Assembly (NCBI GenBank): GCA_048886185.1 | Contig: JBHLKY010000012.1 | Location: forward strand, 139,313-171,312 | DNA: 32,000 nt | Reading direction: 5' to 3' | Source of the DNA: Candidatus Hermodarchaeota archaeon | GTDB taxonomy: Archaea; Asgardarchaeota; Heimdallarchaeia; Hodarchaeales; Hodarchaeaceae | Shown: piece after piece, positions 19,116 through 28,131 of the stretch | Layout: each line of letters opens with the position of its first letter | Position numbering within the stretch: position 1 is the stretch's first letter | Made by a program: the position numbers and the translations under genes | Notes under the pieces: generated by a model | Told to the model about the DNA's origin: nothing | What the model saw: only the letters and a program-made list of their open reading frames with translations | The model's database searches: none

Positions 19116-20834
19116 ATGAACACAGCGAACTCTGACGATCATTCTCTTGATAAAGATTTTATTCGGAAAATTGTTTCAGATGATGTTAAAAACAACAAAA
19201 ATAATAGTCGTGTACATACTCGTTTCCCCCCAGAACCAAATGGATGGTTACACATAGGCCACGCGAAATCAATTCATCTTAACTTCAGTATCGCAGCTGA
19301 GTTCAATGGATTATGTAATCTACGATTTGACGATACAGATCCCGCCAAAGAAAGCATGGAATATGTAGAGGCTATTAAAAAAGATATTCAATGGCTTGGT
19401 TTTGATTGGGAAGACAGACTTTATTTTGCATCGGATTATTTTGAACAGTTATACCAATTGGCAATGGGATTAATTAAAGCTGGAAAAGCATATGTATGTG
19501 ATTTAAGTGTAAAAGAGATCAAGCATCAAAGAGGAACATCAGAAGAACCAGGAATGGAAAGTCCCTATCGAAATCGATCAGTAGAAGAAAACATCAAGTT
19601 ATTTGAGAGGATGCGCAATGGAGAGTTTGAGGATGGATCTCGGGTGCTACGGGCGAAAATTGACATGACCTCTCCCAATATGCTTATGCGAGATCCAATA
19701 ATGTACCGAATAAAGAGGGTACCACATTATAGAACTGGAAATGAGTGGGTGATTTATCCAAGCTATGATTATACTCATGGTCAATCTGATGCAATCGAGG
19801 GAATTACTCATTCCCTCTGTTCGTTAGAATTTGAGACGCATAGACCCCTTTATAATTGGTACAGAGACCAACTTCTGAAATTAAACTTGTTAAAATACTG
19901 TCCTGAACAAATTGAATTTTCTAGATTAAATTTAACTTACACTGTTATGAGTAAGCGACGGCTTCTAGAGCTGGTTGAACAAGGACATGTTTCTGGATGG
20001 GACGATCCCCGAATGCCAACTCTTGCAGGATTACGTAGACGTGGTTATCCAGCGGAAGGAATAAGAAATTTCTTGGATAAAGTGGGAATTTCAAAGAGAG
20101 AAAATTATATTGATGTAGGTCTCTTAGAAGCATGTGTACGCGAAGTAATGGACAGAGAATGTAAACGAGTTATGGGAGTTCTCCATCCTCTGAAAGTTAT
20201 AATTCAGAACTATCCCGAAAATAAGGTCGAAGAATTAGATTCGCCCAATCATCCCAAGGATCCCAGTATGGGATCACGGAAAATACCATTCTCCCGAGTA
20301 ATATACATTGAACACGAAGATTTTCTTGAAAAACCTTCAAAGAAATTTTATCGATTAACCCCAGAAAGAGAGATACGACTTCGATACGCGTATTATATCA
20401 AGTGTGTAAATGTAATTAAAGATGAGAATTCTGGAGAAATCCTGGAATTACACGCGACCTACGATCCGGAAACAAAGGGAGGGTATGCTCCAGACGGTCG
20501 AAAAGTCAAAGCGACTCTCCATTGGGTTTCAGCTGAACATGCAATAGCAGCAGAAGCACGCTTATACGACCGACTTTTCAACAAGGAAAATCCAATGGAA
20601 AATGTAAAATTCACCCAAAATCTTAATCCAAAGTCACTAGAGAAGTTAACGTGTTTTGTAGAGCCAAGTCTAGCAAATGCAGCACCAGGAAACAAATATC
20701 AGTTTGAACGTTTAGGTTATTTCTGCGTAGATTTAGTCGATGCAACACCAGAAAAATTAGTTTTTAATCGAACAATTACCTTACGTGATCCCTGGTCTAA
20801 AATCAAGAAGACTCAGAAATCTATAAAGATGTAA
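19116..20834 (+). CDS. glnS: Glutamine--tRNA ligase (bacterial-type GlnRS)
   Basis: '[19 protein letters not shown]', '[10 protein letters not shown]', '[27 protein letters not shown]', 'VMSKR', '[10 protein letters not shown]', 'KATLHWVS', 'QFERLGYF', 'FNRTITLRD'. No eukaryotic N-terminal extension and no C-terminal YqeY domain. Confidence 0.95.
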   Translation: MNTANSDDHSLDKDFIRKIVSDDVKNNKNNSRVHTRFPPEPNGWLHIGHAKSIHLNFSIAAEFNGLCNLRFDDTDPAKESMEYVEAIKKDIQWLGFDWEDRLYFASDYFEQLYQLAMGLIKAGKAYVCDLSVKEIKHQRGTSEEPGMESPYRNRSVEENIKLFERMRNGEFEDGSRVLRAKIDMTSPNMLMRDPIMYRIKRVPHYRTGNEWVIYPSYDYTHGQSDAIEGITHSLCSLEFETHRPLYNWYRDQLLKLNLLKYCPEQIEFSRLNLTYTVMSKRRLLELVEQGHVSGWDDPRMPTLAGLRRRGYPAEGIRNFLDKVGISKRENYIDVGLLEACVREVMDRECKRVMGVLHPLKVIIQNYPENKVEELDSPNHPKDPSMGSRKIPFSRVIYIEHEDFLEKPSKKFYRLTPEREIRLRYAYYIKCVNVIKDENSGEILELHATYDPETKGGYAPDGRKVKATLHWVSAEHAIAAEARLYDRLFNKENPMENVKFTQNLNPKSLEKLTCFVEPSLANAAPGNKYQFERLGYFCVDLVDATPEKLVFNRTITLRDPWSKIKKTQKSIKM

Positions 20835-20853
20835 ACACAATAAATAATAACAT

Positions 20854-20859
20854 AAAAAA
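20854..20859 (-). terminator. Oligo-T terminator after tRNA-Gln(CUG)
   Basis: T6 run on the minus strand 4 nt after the discriminator base. Confidence 0.55.
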
Positions 20860-20862
20860 GAA

Positions 20863-20934
20863 CAGCCCCGCCCGGAATCGAACCGGGGTCATCGGATTCA
20901 GAGTCCGAGGTGATAACCGCTACACTACGGGGCT
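20863..20934 (-). tRNA. tRNA-Gln(CUG)
   Basis: AGCCCCG-TA-GTGT-AGCGGTTA-TCAC-C-TCGGA-CTCTGAA-TCCGA-TGAC-CCCGG-TTCGATT-CCGGG-CGGGGCT-G. Full cloverleaf, no intron, no encoded CCA. Confidence 0.97.
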
Positions 20935-20967
20935 TCAAGTAAGGTTTATTTGTATTTCACTTAGTTT

Positions 20968-20975
20968 AAAAAAAA
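20968..20975 (-). terminator. Oligo-T terminator after tRNA-Gln(UUG)
   Basis: T8 run on the minus strand 4 nt after the discriminator base. Confidence 0.55.
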
Positions 20976-20979
20976 TGAT

Positions 20980-21052
20980 CAGCCCCGTCCGGATTTGAAC
21001 CGGAGTCGAGAGGGTCAAAGCCTCTTATGCTAGTCCACTACACCACGGGGCT
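20980..21052 (-). tRNA. tRNA-Gln(UUG)
   Basis: AGCCCCG-TG-GTGT-AGTGGACTA-GCAT-A-AGAGG-CTTTGAC-CCTCT-CGAC-TCCGG-TTCAAAT-CCGGA-CGGGGCT-G. No intron, no encoded CCA. Confidence 0.97.
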
Positions 21053-21240
21053 CTATTTTTCTGACTTTCACTTATTTTTTTAAGCTCTTCTTTTCCCTTA
21101 TATTTTTCTCACTCACTACCTCTTCAATTTATACATTACTTCTATTTAAATCAAATAAACTTCGTCGATATCGATATAGATCATAACTTCTATTGATCAA
21201 CTTCTTGATCCTACGATAATTTTGATCTCTTGCTACTTAT

Positions 21241-22371
21241 TTAAGATACAGGTTTCCATAGAATACCCAATTCTTCAGCTTTTTTTCGCGCTAAGGTTAA
21301 TTCTTCAAAGGTTATCCCCCGATTAATCCATGCGTACTTGTCACGGTATTTTTTCACTTTATGCATAGGTCGATACTGCCCCATGATATTTACTAACGCT
21401 TTTGGAACGTTCTCAGCACACCACTCTAGAATGGGATATGTATCAGCTTCTACTCGTCCTGGCATTACCAGATGACGAATTATCATCTCCCCAGATCCAT
21501 GATCATGAGCCATTTTAATATTTCGTGTAATGACTTCCCAGTAATTTGGTATTTTAGACATTTGCTTAGCAAAGACATCATTTGCATATTTCAAATCAGG
21601 AAGCCAAAAATCCATCACTTCTAGTAATAGCTTCATTCCCTCAATGCTTAGATACATGTTAGAATTCCATAACTGGCAAATATTAACTTTAAATTCATGA
21701 AGAGTATGGAGAATTATGTGAAGATTTGATGTAGGATCGCCTCCAACCCAATTAATATTGCGAGCTCCGTCCTGAGCCAGTCCCCCCGCAATAAGAGCAA
21801 GTTGAGGCGGTTTGTAAACGAAACCAGCTCTTATTTTTCCACTTTTTGGATCTCGCCACTCTTGACTAATTAAATGATTTTGACAAAAAACACAGTTGAA
21901 AGTGCATCCTGAAAAAAAAATTGTCCCTGAAGGAACAAGTACAGTTTCTTCCCCTAGATGTAAATCAGCAGAACTAACAATTGCATCCTTTCCAACTTTG
22001 CAAATACCAAGCTCTCCAAACTCACGGTTTTTTTCACATCTACGTTCACAAAAACAACATTGCTTAAGTATCTCATCTGCAATTTTTATCTTCAAATCAA
22101 GAAAAGAAGGGGTAACTGGAACTGGAACAACTTTTGCAAAAGACTCTTCATCATATTCAACAATGTATTTTCGGAATTCTTCAGATAAACGGTCATGTTC
22201 CTTCCACAATGAATGTAAATCAGCATCTAAACCAATTTCTAGTTTTATTGCTTTTATTAAGAGATAACGAGCTATTTTCTTTTCATCAATTAAATGATAA
22301 TAGCGGTTAAGTCGCTTAACAACTTCTGGAATTTTCCAAACAGAAATCGGATCAGGTCTTGTACGCCACAT
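21241..22371 (-). CDS. PflX-like radical SAM protein (pyruvate formate-lyase activating enzyme-like)
   Basis: CxxxCxxC 'GCTFNCVFCQN', N-terminal 'CCFCERRC...GICKVG', 'NINWVGGDPT', 'LWNSNMY', 'DFWLPDLKY', 'IIRHLVMPG', 'NIMGQYRP'. Confidence 0.9.
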   Translation of the reverse strand: MWRTRPDPISVWKIPEVVKRLNRYYHLIDEKKIARYLLIKAIKLEIGLDADLHSLWKEHDRLSEEFRKYIVEYDEESFAKVVPVPVTPSFLDLKIKIADEILKQCCFCERRCEKNREFGELGICKVGKDAIVSSADLHLGEETVLVPSGTIFFSGCTFNCVFCQNHLISQEWRDPKSGKIRAGFVYKPPQLALIAGGLAQDGARNINWVGGDPTSNLHIILHTLHEFKVNICQLWNSNMYLSIEGMKLLLEVMDFWLPDLKYANDVFAKQMSKIPNYWEVITRNIKMAHDHGSGEMIIRHLVMPGRVEADTYPILEWCAENVPKALVNIMGQYRPMHKVKKYRDKYAWINRGITFEELTLARKKAEELGILWKPVS

Positions 22372-22473
22372 CTTTACTAAGTATTCTAGATTGACTTGTT
22401 AATAAAGAATCTTTCTATCTAGCATTTCACGTTAGTCATTATCTTTGTCTGAATCTCTCTTTATCTTTCCTGA

Positions 22474-23268
22474 TTACAGTATTGTGAGCAAAATAAGAGT
22501 AAAAATACCTACTAATATAAAAACTGATCCCATAGTGATCATTAAACTTTTCTCATCCAATTTTCTAGCAAATATGGACCCAATACTACCGCTAAAGATA
22601 GCTCCGAGGCCAATAATAATGCCATATTCTAAATTAACATACCCCTGAATTGAATAACCGACCGCACCAGATAAAGCTATAATTGCCATAATTGCGGTAG
22701 CTGTTCCAATAGCAGTGTGAGGAGGATACTGAAATATCAGCAGAAGGACGAAAATAATCATCATTCCACCTCCTGCTCCAAATATCCCACTCATTAAACC
22801 AATAAAAAGTCCTATCACCAAAATAATAATTTGTTTCTGCCTTTCTGATTCAAAATCAAATCTACGGGAAATTAGTGAGTTATTATCATTTTCAGGTTTT
22901 CTAAACGTTCTTAATAAGATCAAAGCTCCAATACCGATAAATATGAAGCAAACAGCACTACTTAATGAAGCCTCACCTGTATTTACAGCTATTAACACTC
23001 CGATTTGAGATCCAACTAAGGCACTTACTATTAATAGAAAACTTGTACTCAAATCAACTTGTTTTTTGCGATAAAATGAAAAACTGACAACTGATGCACC
23101 AATCATATCAACTAGTAAACTTGTTCCTATAGCTGAATAAATTGTGGTAGGATAAAATAATAGCAATATAGGAACGACAAATACTGATCCACTTACCCCA
23201 ATAAGGCTAATAATGAACCCTACTGCAAATCCTAGAAGAATTAATCCACTAATACCCAAAAAATCCAA
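22474..23268 (-). CDS. Sulfite exporter TauE/SafE-family membrane protein
   Basis: Two repeats: 'LIGVSGSVFVVPIL...AIGTSL' and 'GIFGAGGGMMII...AIGTAT'. About 8 TM segments. Confidence 0.88.
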   Translation of the reverse strand: MDFLGISGLILLGFAVGFIISLIGVSGSVFVVPILLLFYPTTIYSAIGTSLLVDMIGASVVSFSFYRKKQVDLSTSFLLIVSALVGSQIGVLIAVNTGEASLSSAVCFIFIGIGALILLRTFRKPENDNNSLISRRFDFESERQKQIIILVIGLFIGLMSGIFGAGGGMMIIFVLLLIFQYPPHTAIGTATAIMAIIALSGAVGYSIQGYVNLEYGIIIGLGAIFSGSIGSIFARKLDEKSLMITMGSVFILVGIFTLILLTIL

Positions 23269-23494
23269 GTATTTTTCACCATTTCATTATTTTTAAGTTT
23301 TTGTATGCTGGTGGATCTCATAAAAAGCTCTTTACAACTTTATTCTCAATTCTTTTTTGAGCATTAAAAAATTGAGTATTCAGATTATTTCTGGATTAAT
23401 TGTGGTCATATTATACTATTTTTTCAATTTATAATAATCTATTCGACTAATTGGACATTTATTAATCCTGATTGAGCAACCAGATATGCATTTT

Positions 23495-24220
23495 TTACTC
23501 AATCATCTCTTTTATCTGTTCAATAATCATAGAGATCATAATATCTACAATAATTTGTCCTTTTTCTTGGGAGGCAAGTGTGGGATCCCCCCAGATTCCA
23601 GTTGGAGAGAAATGTCCATGGCCATGAGGATCTCTTGTCAACCCTCTTCTATCTGGTCGAAGATCAAAATCTTTAACTGCTTTTGACATATCAACTGTAT
23701 GAGGAGCAATATGAAGCATAATCGATGTTTCTTCTTCATCTGCATGAGACCCTCCCTTCTGGCAGAGTAATCCAGGAGGGAACCTTGCAGAAAGGTCAAG
23801 GATATTGAAATATTTCAGAGTGATCCCCTCCTCTGATAAAATTTTCCTTGCTTCTTCAAGTGGTTGGAGTGTGGATACCCCTGTGTTCAGAATATAGAAT
23901 TTCTTTATACCATAGGAGCTAATAGACTGACAGATTTCGACAACTACATTCCTAAAAGTCTCCACCTTCAACGTAACCGATCCGGGATACTCAATAAATG
24001 CTGGATAATATCCATATTGTAATGTTGGAAGTACTACTAAAGGAACCTGCTTCAATACTTCTTCTTTACAAAATTCTGCTAATATATAGTCATTATTCAA
24101 CTGTAAGTGTGGGCCATGTTCTTTAGTACGAGCTCCAAGGGCAATTAAAACTATTTGATAGATTTCAAAGGCTTTTTCAGCCTCAATCCATGTTAAGTTT
24201 TCTAATTCTATGCTTTTCAT
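23495..24220 (-). CDS. Creatininase / creatinine amidohydrolase family protein
   Basis: 'TKEHGPHL..D', 'YPGSVTL', 'GGSHADEEETSIML', 'GIWGDPTLASQEKG'. Confidence 0.9.
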   Translation of the reverse strand: MKSIELENLTWIEAEKAFEIYQIVLIALGARTKEHGPHLQLNNDYILAEFCKEEVLKQVPLVVLPTLQYGYYPAFIEYPGSVTLKVETFRNVVVEICQSISSYGIKKFYILNTGVSTLQPLEEARKILSEEGITLKYFNILDLSARFPPGLLCQKGGSHADEEETSIMLHIAPHTVDMSKAVKDFDLRPDRRGLTRDPHGHGHFSPTGIWGDPTLASQEKGQIIVDIMISMIIEQIKEMIE

Positions 24221-24481
24221 TATTTTCTAACTTCACTTCATCAATACCTAAAGATTTACTAATTTCTAAATGTTCTTTATTGAAATACTCTCAAATCCAG
24301 ACATCTCTTTAAGAATCTTGCTAAGAACGATCATTATATTAATAACAGATATTTTGCCTATTAAACTAAAGCTTATAATTATCAATCATTTTTTGCCAAG
24401 AACTATGAATAATAAAGATCAGATCTTTAGAAATTATAATACAATATTTATCCAATTTAGATTCCAAATCAAGAGGTTAAA

Positions 24482-25249
24482 ATGCTGGAAGAATCTATAG
24501 ACAAAACATTTAGCAAGTTATATGATGATGCAAAATCGGTAACCATAAAAGGTTGGGATTTTTCGTACGTCAAAGATCGAATGATTTCAGAACCAATCCC
24601 CTGGGACTATCGAAAAATCATTCTTCCTTATGTAAAAAAATCAAAGTATATGCTAGATATGGGTACTGGAGGAGGGGAGTTTTTATCAACATTACACCCA
24701 CTTCCAAAGTTCACATATGCAACAGAAGCTTATCCTCCTAATATTCCGATCGCAGAGAAAGTACTTAAAAATTTTAATGTTAAAGTAGTCCCTGTAACAA
24801 ACCACGAAGAATTACCTTTAGAAAACGATTTCTTTGATTTAATTATAAATCGTCATGAAGACTACCGTCCCAAAGAAGTTTATAGGATACTAGAATCGAA
24901 TGGTATCTTCATTACACAACAGGTTGGACATTTTAATACTATTCAATTAAATCAATTTTTTGGTGATGAGAGTTATAAGGATTGGGAATGGGATTTAGAA
25001 TATGCATCTCAGCAATTGCAAGATAACGGATTTAAAATCTTAAACGGGAAAGAAGCATTAATGAATGAACATTTTCAGGATATTGGAGCAGTTGTATTTT
25101 ATTTACGTATCATTTCATGGCAGATTCCTGGCTTTAATTTTAACAAGAACATTAACAAATTCAAAGAATTACACAAGATAATCCAAAAGGAGGGAAAATT
25201 CACAACCCATGGACATAGATTTCTAATTATCGCAAAAAAAATGAATTGA
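24482..25249 (+). CDS. Class I SAM-dependent methyltransferase
   Basis: 'GWDFSY', motif I 'LDMGTGGGE', 'FDLIINRH', 'FITQQVG'. Confidence 0.9.
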   Translation: MLEESIDKTFSKLYDDAKSVTIKGWDFSYVKDRMISEPIPWDYRKIILPYVKKSKYMLDMGTGGGEFLSTLHPLPKFTYATEAYPPNIPIAEKVLKNFNVKVVPVTNHEELPLENDFFDLIINRHEDYRPKEVYRILESNGIFITQQVGHFNTIQLNQFFGDESYKDWEWDLEYASQQLQDNGFKILNGKEALMNEHFQDIGAVVFYLRIISWQIPGFNFNKNINKFKELHKIIQKEGKFTTHGHRFLIIAKKMN

Positions 25250-25661
25250 TTTTATAGTAAAAAGAAATTATATCCAGATTAGGAGTAATTCCAAATAATT
25301 AAAAATTCAATTAATTACCATTCTATTGCTTTGATTTGAATAGGTTAATACACTCTTTCTGTTAATAATTGCATATCTAACGCTGACTTGTTCAGAAGTG
25401 TATATAAATTAGCTTCAGTGACTTTTTTGGCAAATCTCCAATATCCTCCCATTACTTATAGTATTTGTACTTATAATTGGATTACATACTCGAATTCGCT
25501 GGATTTACGCTGGACGATTCGATAAATATGATCTCTTCTTTTTGTGGTCTCACATAACAAGATTTATCGCCATTTCTATAAAGTGATCTCTATTTGGGAA
25601 GGTTTAAAATATTCTTATTCAGCATTTACATATTTTCATGAAGAATAGTGGTGACTATTAA

Positions 25662-26279
25662 ATGAAAACAAATCAAACAGTACGAATAATAATTCCTTTA
25701 ATACTACTTTTAGGTACCGCCACTGCTTTTATTGTAGCGGTAATAGGTAATCAACAAATAAATACCTCAACTGAAGAGCTTCAGGAGTCGAATACAGTTG
25801 CAGGTGGTTTTGTTATGTACCTTCACGTTGATGACATAAATGGAGAAGCAATTGAAGAAAACCATGAAGATTGGATTGATGTCCTCGCATATTCACACAA
25901 TGTCAGGATTCCAGATTTAACAGATCCAACGCGTTCTGTAGGCGTACGACAACATACTCCCCTCCGAGTTACAAAAATGGTAGATAGAGCCTCTCCTAAA
26001 CTATACCAATTCTGTGTTGATGGAAACTCGATCGCTTCAGTGAAATTAGAGTTCTGTATGACTAATGAAGGGCATTCAGTGTTTTATAAAATTGAACTCC
26101 AAAATGCTAGGATTGTTTCAGTACAAGATTATGGGATGTCGTCTGAGGATATCCCTACTGAGACGGTTTCATTTGTATATGAAAGAATAAAATGGGTTTA
26201 CACTCAATACGATTCACAAGGAAAAGCATTGGGAAACGTAGAGACAAACTGGATCACTTGGGGTGAGTCAGCAAGTTAA
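25662..26279 (+). CDS. hcp: Hcp-family (type VI secretion tube-like) protein with an N-terminal hydrophobic anchor or signal peptide
   Basis: 'MYLHVDDINGEAIEENHEDWIDVLAYSH', 'RQHTPLRVTKMVDRASPKLYQ', 'YKIELQNARIVSV', 'PTETVSFVYERIKWVY' are typical Hcp segments. About 50-aa N-terminal extension with 'IIIPLILLLGTATAFIVAVIG'. SD-like GGTGA at 25650-25654. Confidence 0.9.
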   Translation: MKTNQTVRIIIPLILLLGTATAFIVAVIGNQQINTSTEELQESNTVAGGFVMYLHVDDINGEAIEENHEDWIDVLAYSHNVRIPDLTDPTRSVGVRQHTPLRVTKMVDRASPKLYQFCVDGNSIASVKLEFCMTNEGHSVFYKIELQNARIVSVQDYGMSSEDIPTETVSFVYERIKWVYTQYDSQGKALGNVETNWITWGESAS

Positions 26280-26308
26280 TTCTCAAATGCAGAAGCTGTT
26301 GACCCATA

Positions 26309-26998
26309 ATGAAGATGTCAAAGACATTAATATTTATCATATTTCTATTAACGTTGAATCTAGGTACTCTTCCAGTAATAGCAGAGAGTGATCTTCCCAT
26401 TAAAAGTATAAAGAACATCAAAAATAACCAAACTGTCGATATATTACATGTAACGAAAATTGATTCAACCATTTCAATTATTATGGATTATGATCTAAAT
26501 TCAACCTCTCAACTAGCTACGAATGAATCATTAGTAGTTTTAGTTATTTTTAGCATAACTACTGATGAGAATCTATACAAGATTCAGGCAGCAATGCTTT
26601 TCTTTCACACTGGAGAAAATCAATACTTTATGTTCTGGATGCTTGGTGATCCTTATAAACAAGCTCAGGACTGGCAATCAGGTGTAAAAAATGAACATTT
26701 TGAGATAAACGGAGATCAGTTAACTCTAACTTTCATTGAATTCTTGAACATTGGTAACCCAGAAATTGAAACCACTGTAATAGCCAAGCTTGCATTTGTT
26801 GGCGAAGTAAGTGTCACTACAATCAATTTTCGACCAATTCTCGACCAGTTTATAGCTGAATTACCCATATCTTATGAAATCCCATCCATAGGATCTTCAT
26901 CTTCTGAGGAGGCACCAGGAGCTGCCACCCCAGGTTTTACGATCCTTTCTATTGCTAGTGTCGCGATTTCCGTTTTTCTATCCAAGAGGCGAAAGTAA
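26309..26998 (+). CDS. Secreted surface protein with a PGF-CTERM-like sorting signal
   Basis: N-terminal signal peptide 'MKMSKTLIFIIFLLTLNLGTLPVIA'. Ser-rich linker, then 'TPGFTILSIASVAISVFLSKRRK' (PGF, TM helix, basic tail). Confidence 0.8.
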   Translation: MKMSKTLIFIIFLLTLNLGTLPVIAESDLPIKSIKNIKNNQTVDILHVTKIDSTISIIMDYDLNSTSQLATNESLVVLVIFSITTDENLYKIQAAMLFFHTGENQYFMFWMLGDPYKQAQDWQSGVKNEHFEINGDQLTLTFIEFLNIGNPEIETTVIAKLAFVGEVSVTTINFRPILDQFIAELPISYEIPSIGSSSSEEAPGAATPGFTILSIASVAISVFLSKRRK

Positions 26999-27096
26999 AA
27001 ACCTTGAGAGATAACTATAGTACTACTAAATGAGAGGGCACCTGAATCATCTCAATCTCTCTGGTATTCTGATTCAACGCCCATCTTCTTTTTTTT

Positions 27097-27873
27097 TTAG
27101 TTATTTTTTAGTAAGTAATTGTAATTATACCATTTCTGAAATCCAAATTTCTCATATAACTCTATACCTTCCTTATTGTCTCGTTCAACATGAAGCCAAT
27201 AACAGGTACAACCTAACGACATTCCCCATTCTATCGCTTTTGTAACTAATGACGATCCAATTTTCCTCCTCCTAAAACCAGGGTGAACAAATAATTCTGC
27301 GATATATAGATAACCCTGAGGATCTAATATAACCATGGTGGAACCAACAATACTATTACCCTTCTTTCCTAAGATAAAACATTTCTTAGGAATGATAATC
27401 CTTTGTGAAACTTCAGTCATGATTTGCTGATCCTCAGTTAAACTTGAGGAATATTTGGCTAAAAAATCAGTGTATTCAGTTGATCTATTTTCGCTAAATT
27501 CATAAGAGAAGTCTTGATTTTGCGTTATCTTCACTACAGGATTATTACAACCCATTGTTATTAGTGAGTAATTACTGTAAGTGTATCCTCGCTCAAGTAA
27601 TGCACCCTCTAGCTCTGGTGGATCAAAATGATCAGCCAATTTAAATCGAACAGGTAAATTATATCTTTTATAAGCGGTTTCTGCAATACTAATGTCTTCA
27701 TCTAAATTATTACCAGTATAATTTATTGCTAGAATAGAATTCGACCTTCCAGTCAAACCTCCAGTAAAAGTTAGAATCCAACCATTCAAGAAAAAGCACT
27801 GCTTAGGTGGCCAAATATTCAAAAATGATTTCTGAAGTGTAATGATTCTTTCCTTTGGTATCATAATTACCAC
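27097..27873 (-). CDS. GNAT-family N-acetyltransferase
   Basis: 'GRSNSI' N-terminal motif, acetyl-CoA motif 'FVHPGFRRRKIGSSL', 'NKEGIELYEKFGF'. Confidence 0.9.
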   Translation of the reverse strand: MVIMIPKERIITLQKSFLNIWPPKQCFFLNGWILTFTGGLTGRSNSILAINYTGNNLDEDISIAETAYKRYNLPVRFKLADHFDPPELEGALLERGYTYSNYSLITMGCNNPVVKITQNQDFSYEFSENRSTEYTDFLAKYSSSLTEDQQIMTEVSQRIIIPKKCFILGKKGNSIVGSTMVILDPQGYLYIAELFVHPGFRRRKIGSSLVTKAIEWGMSLGCTCYWLHVERDNKEGIELYEKFGFQKWYNYNYLLKNN

Positions 27874-28131
27874 GGATTTTTAAAGCAATTTAACATTTTG
27901 AAAACAAGCAACGATAACACAATTCGTCTACAACATTTAATTTCTTAAATAAAATTTGAAATAGGCAATAAAAATACCAACAAATCTATTGGGAGACATA
28001 AAAAATGTATATAAAAGAACCATATTTACTCCTTTCCAGAATTGATTCAGTTGCAACTCAATATATTACCATATTAGTATTTAGCAATTAAATACTTAAA
28101 TAAAAAAAGCCTTATAAGACGAATCGACCCC

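Noticed and set aside
19116-20834. Alternative call as archaeal glutamyl-tRNA synthetase
   Set aside because: RFPPEPNG, the 'AKSIHLNF' context, 'THSLCSLEF', 'ATLHWVS' and the 'QFERLGYF...FNRTITLRD' C-terminus fit GlnRS rather than archaeal GluRS.
18575-22648. ORFs 18575-18844, 19945-20133, 20459-20695, 21896-22267 and 22445-22648
   Set aside because: Antisense shadows of the PPOX, glnS, radical SAM and TauE genes.
23486-24741. ORFs 23486-23686, 24270-24500 and 24553-24741
   Set aside because: They overlap real genes or span an AT-rich divergent promoter region. Their composition looks like translated non-coding DNA.
25345-25452. 35-aa minus-strand ORF (MGGYWRFAKK...ERVY*)
   Set aside because: Too short and unassignable. 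It could be a gene remnant, but there is no support.
25662-26998. A complete type VI secretion or contractile injection system
   Set aside because: Only Hcp is recognisable. There are no sheath, spike, baseplate or ATPase genes in the window.
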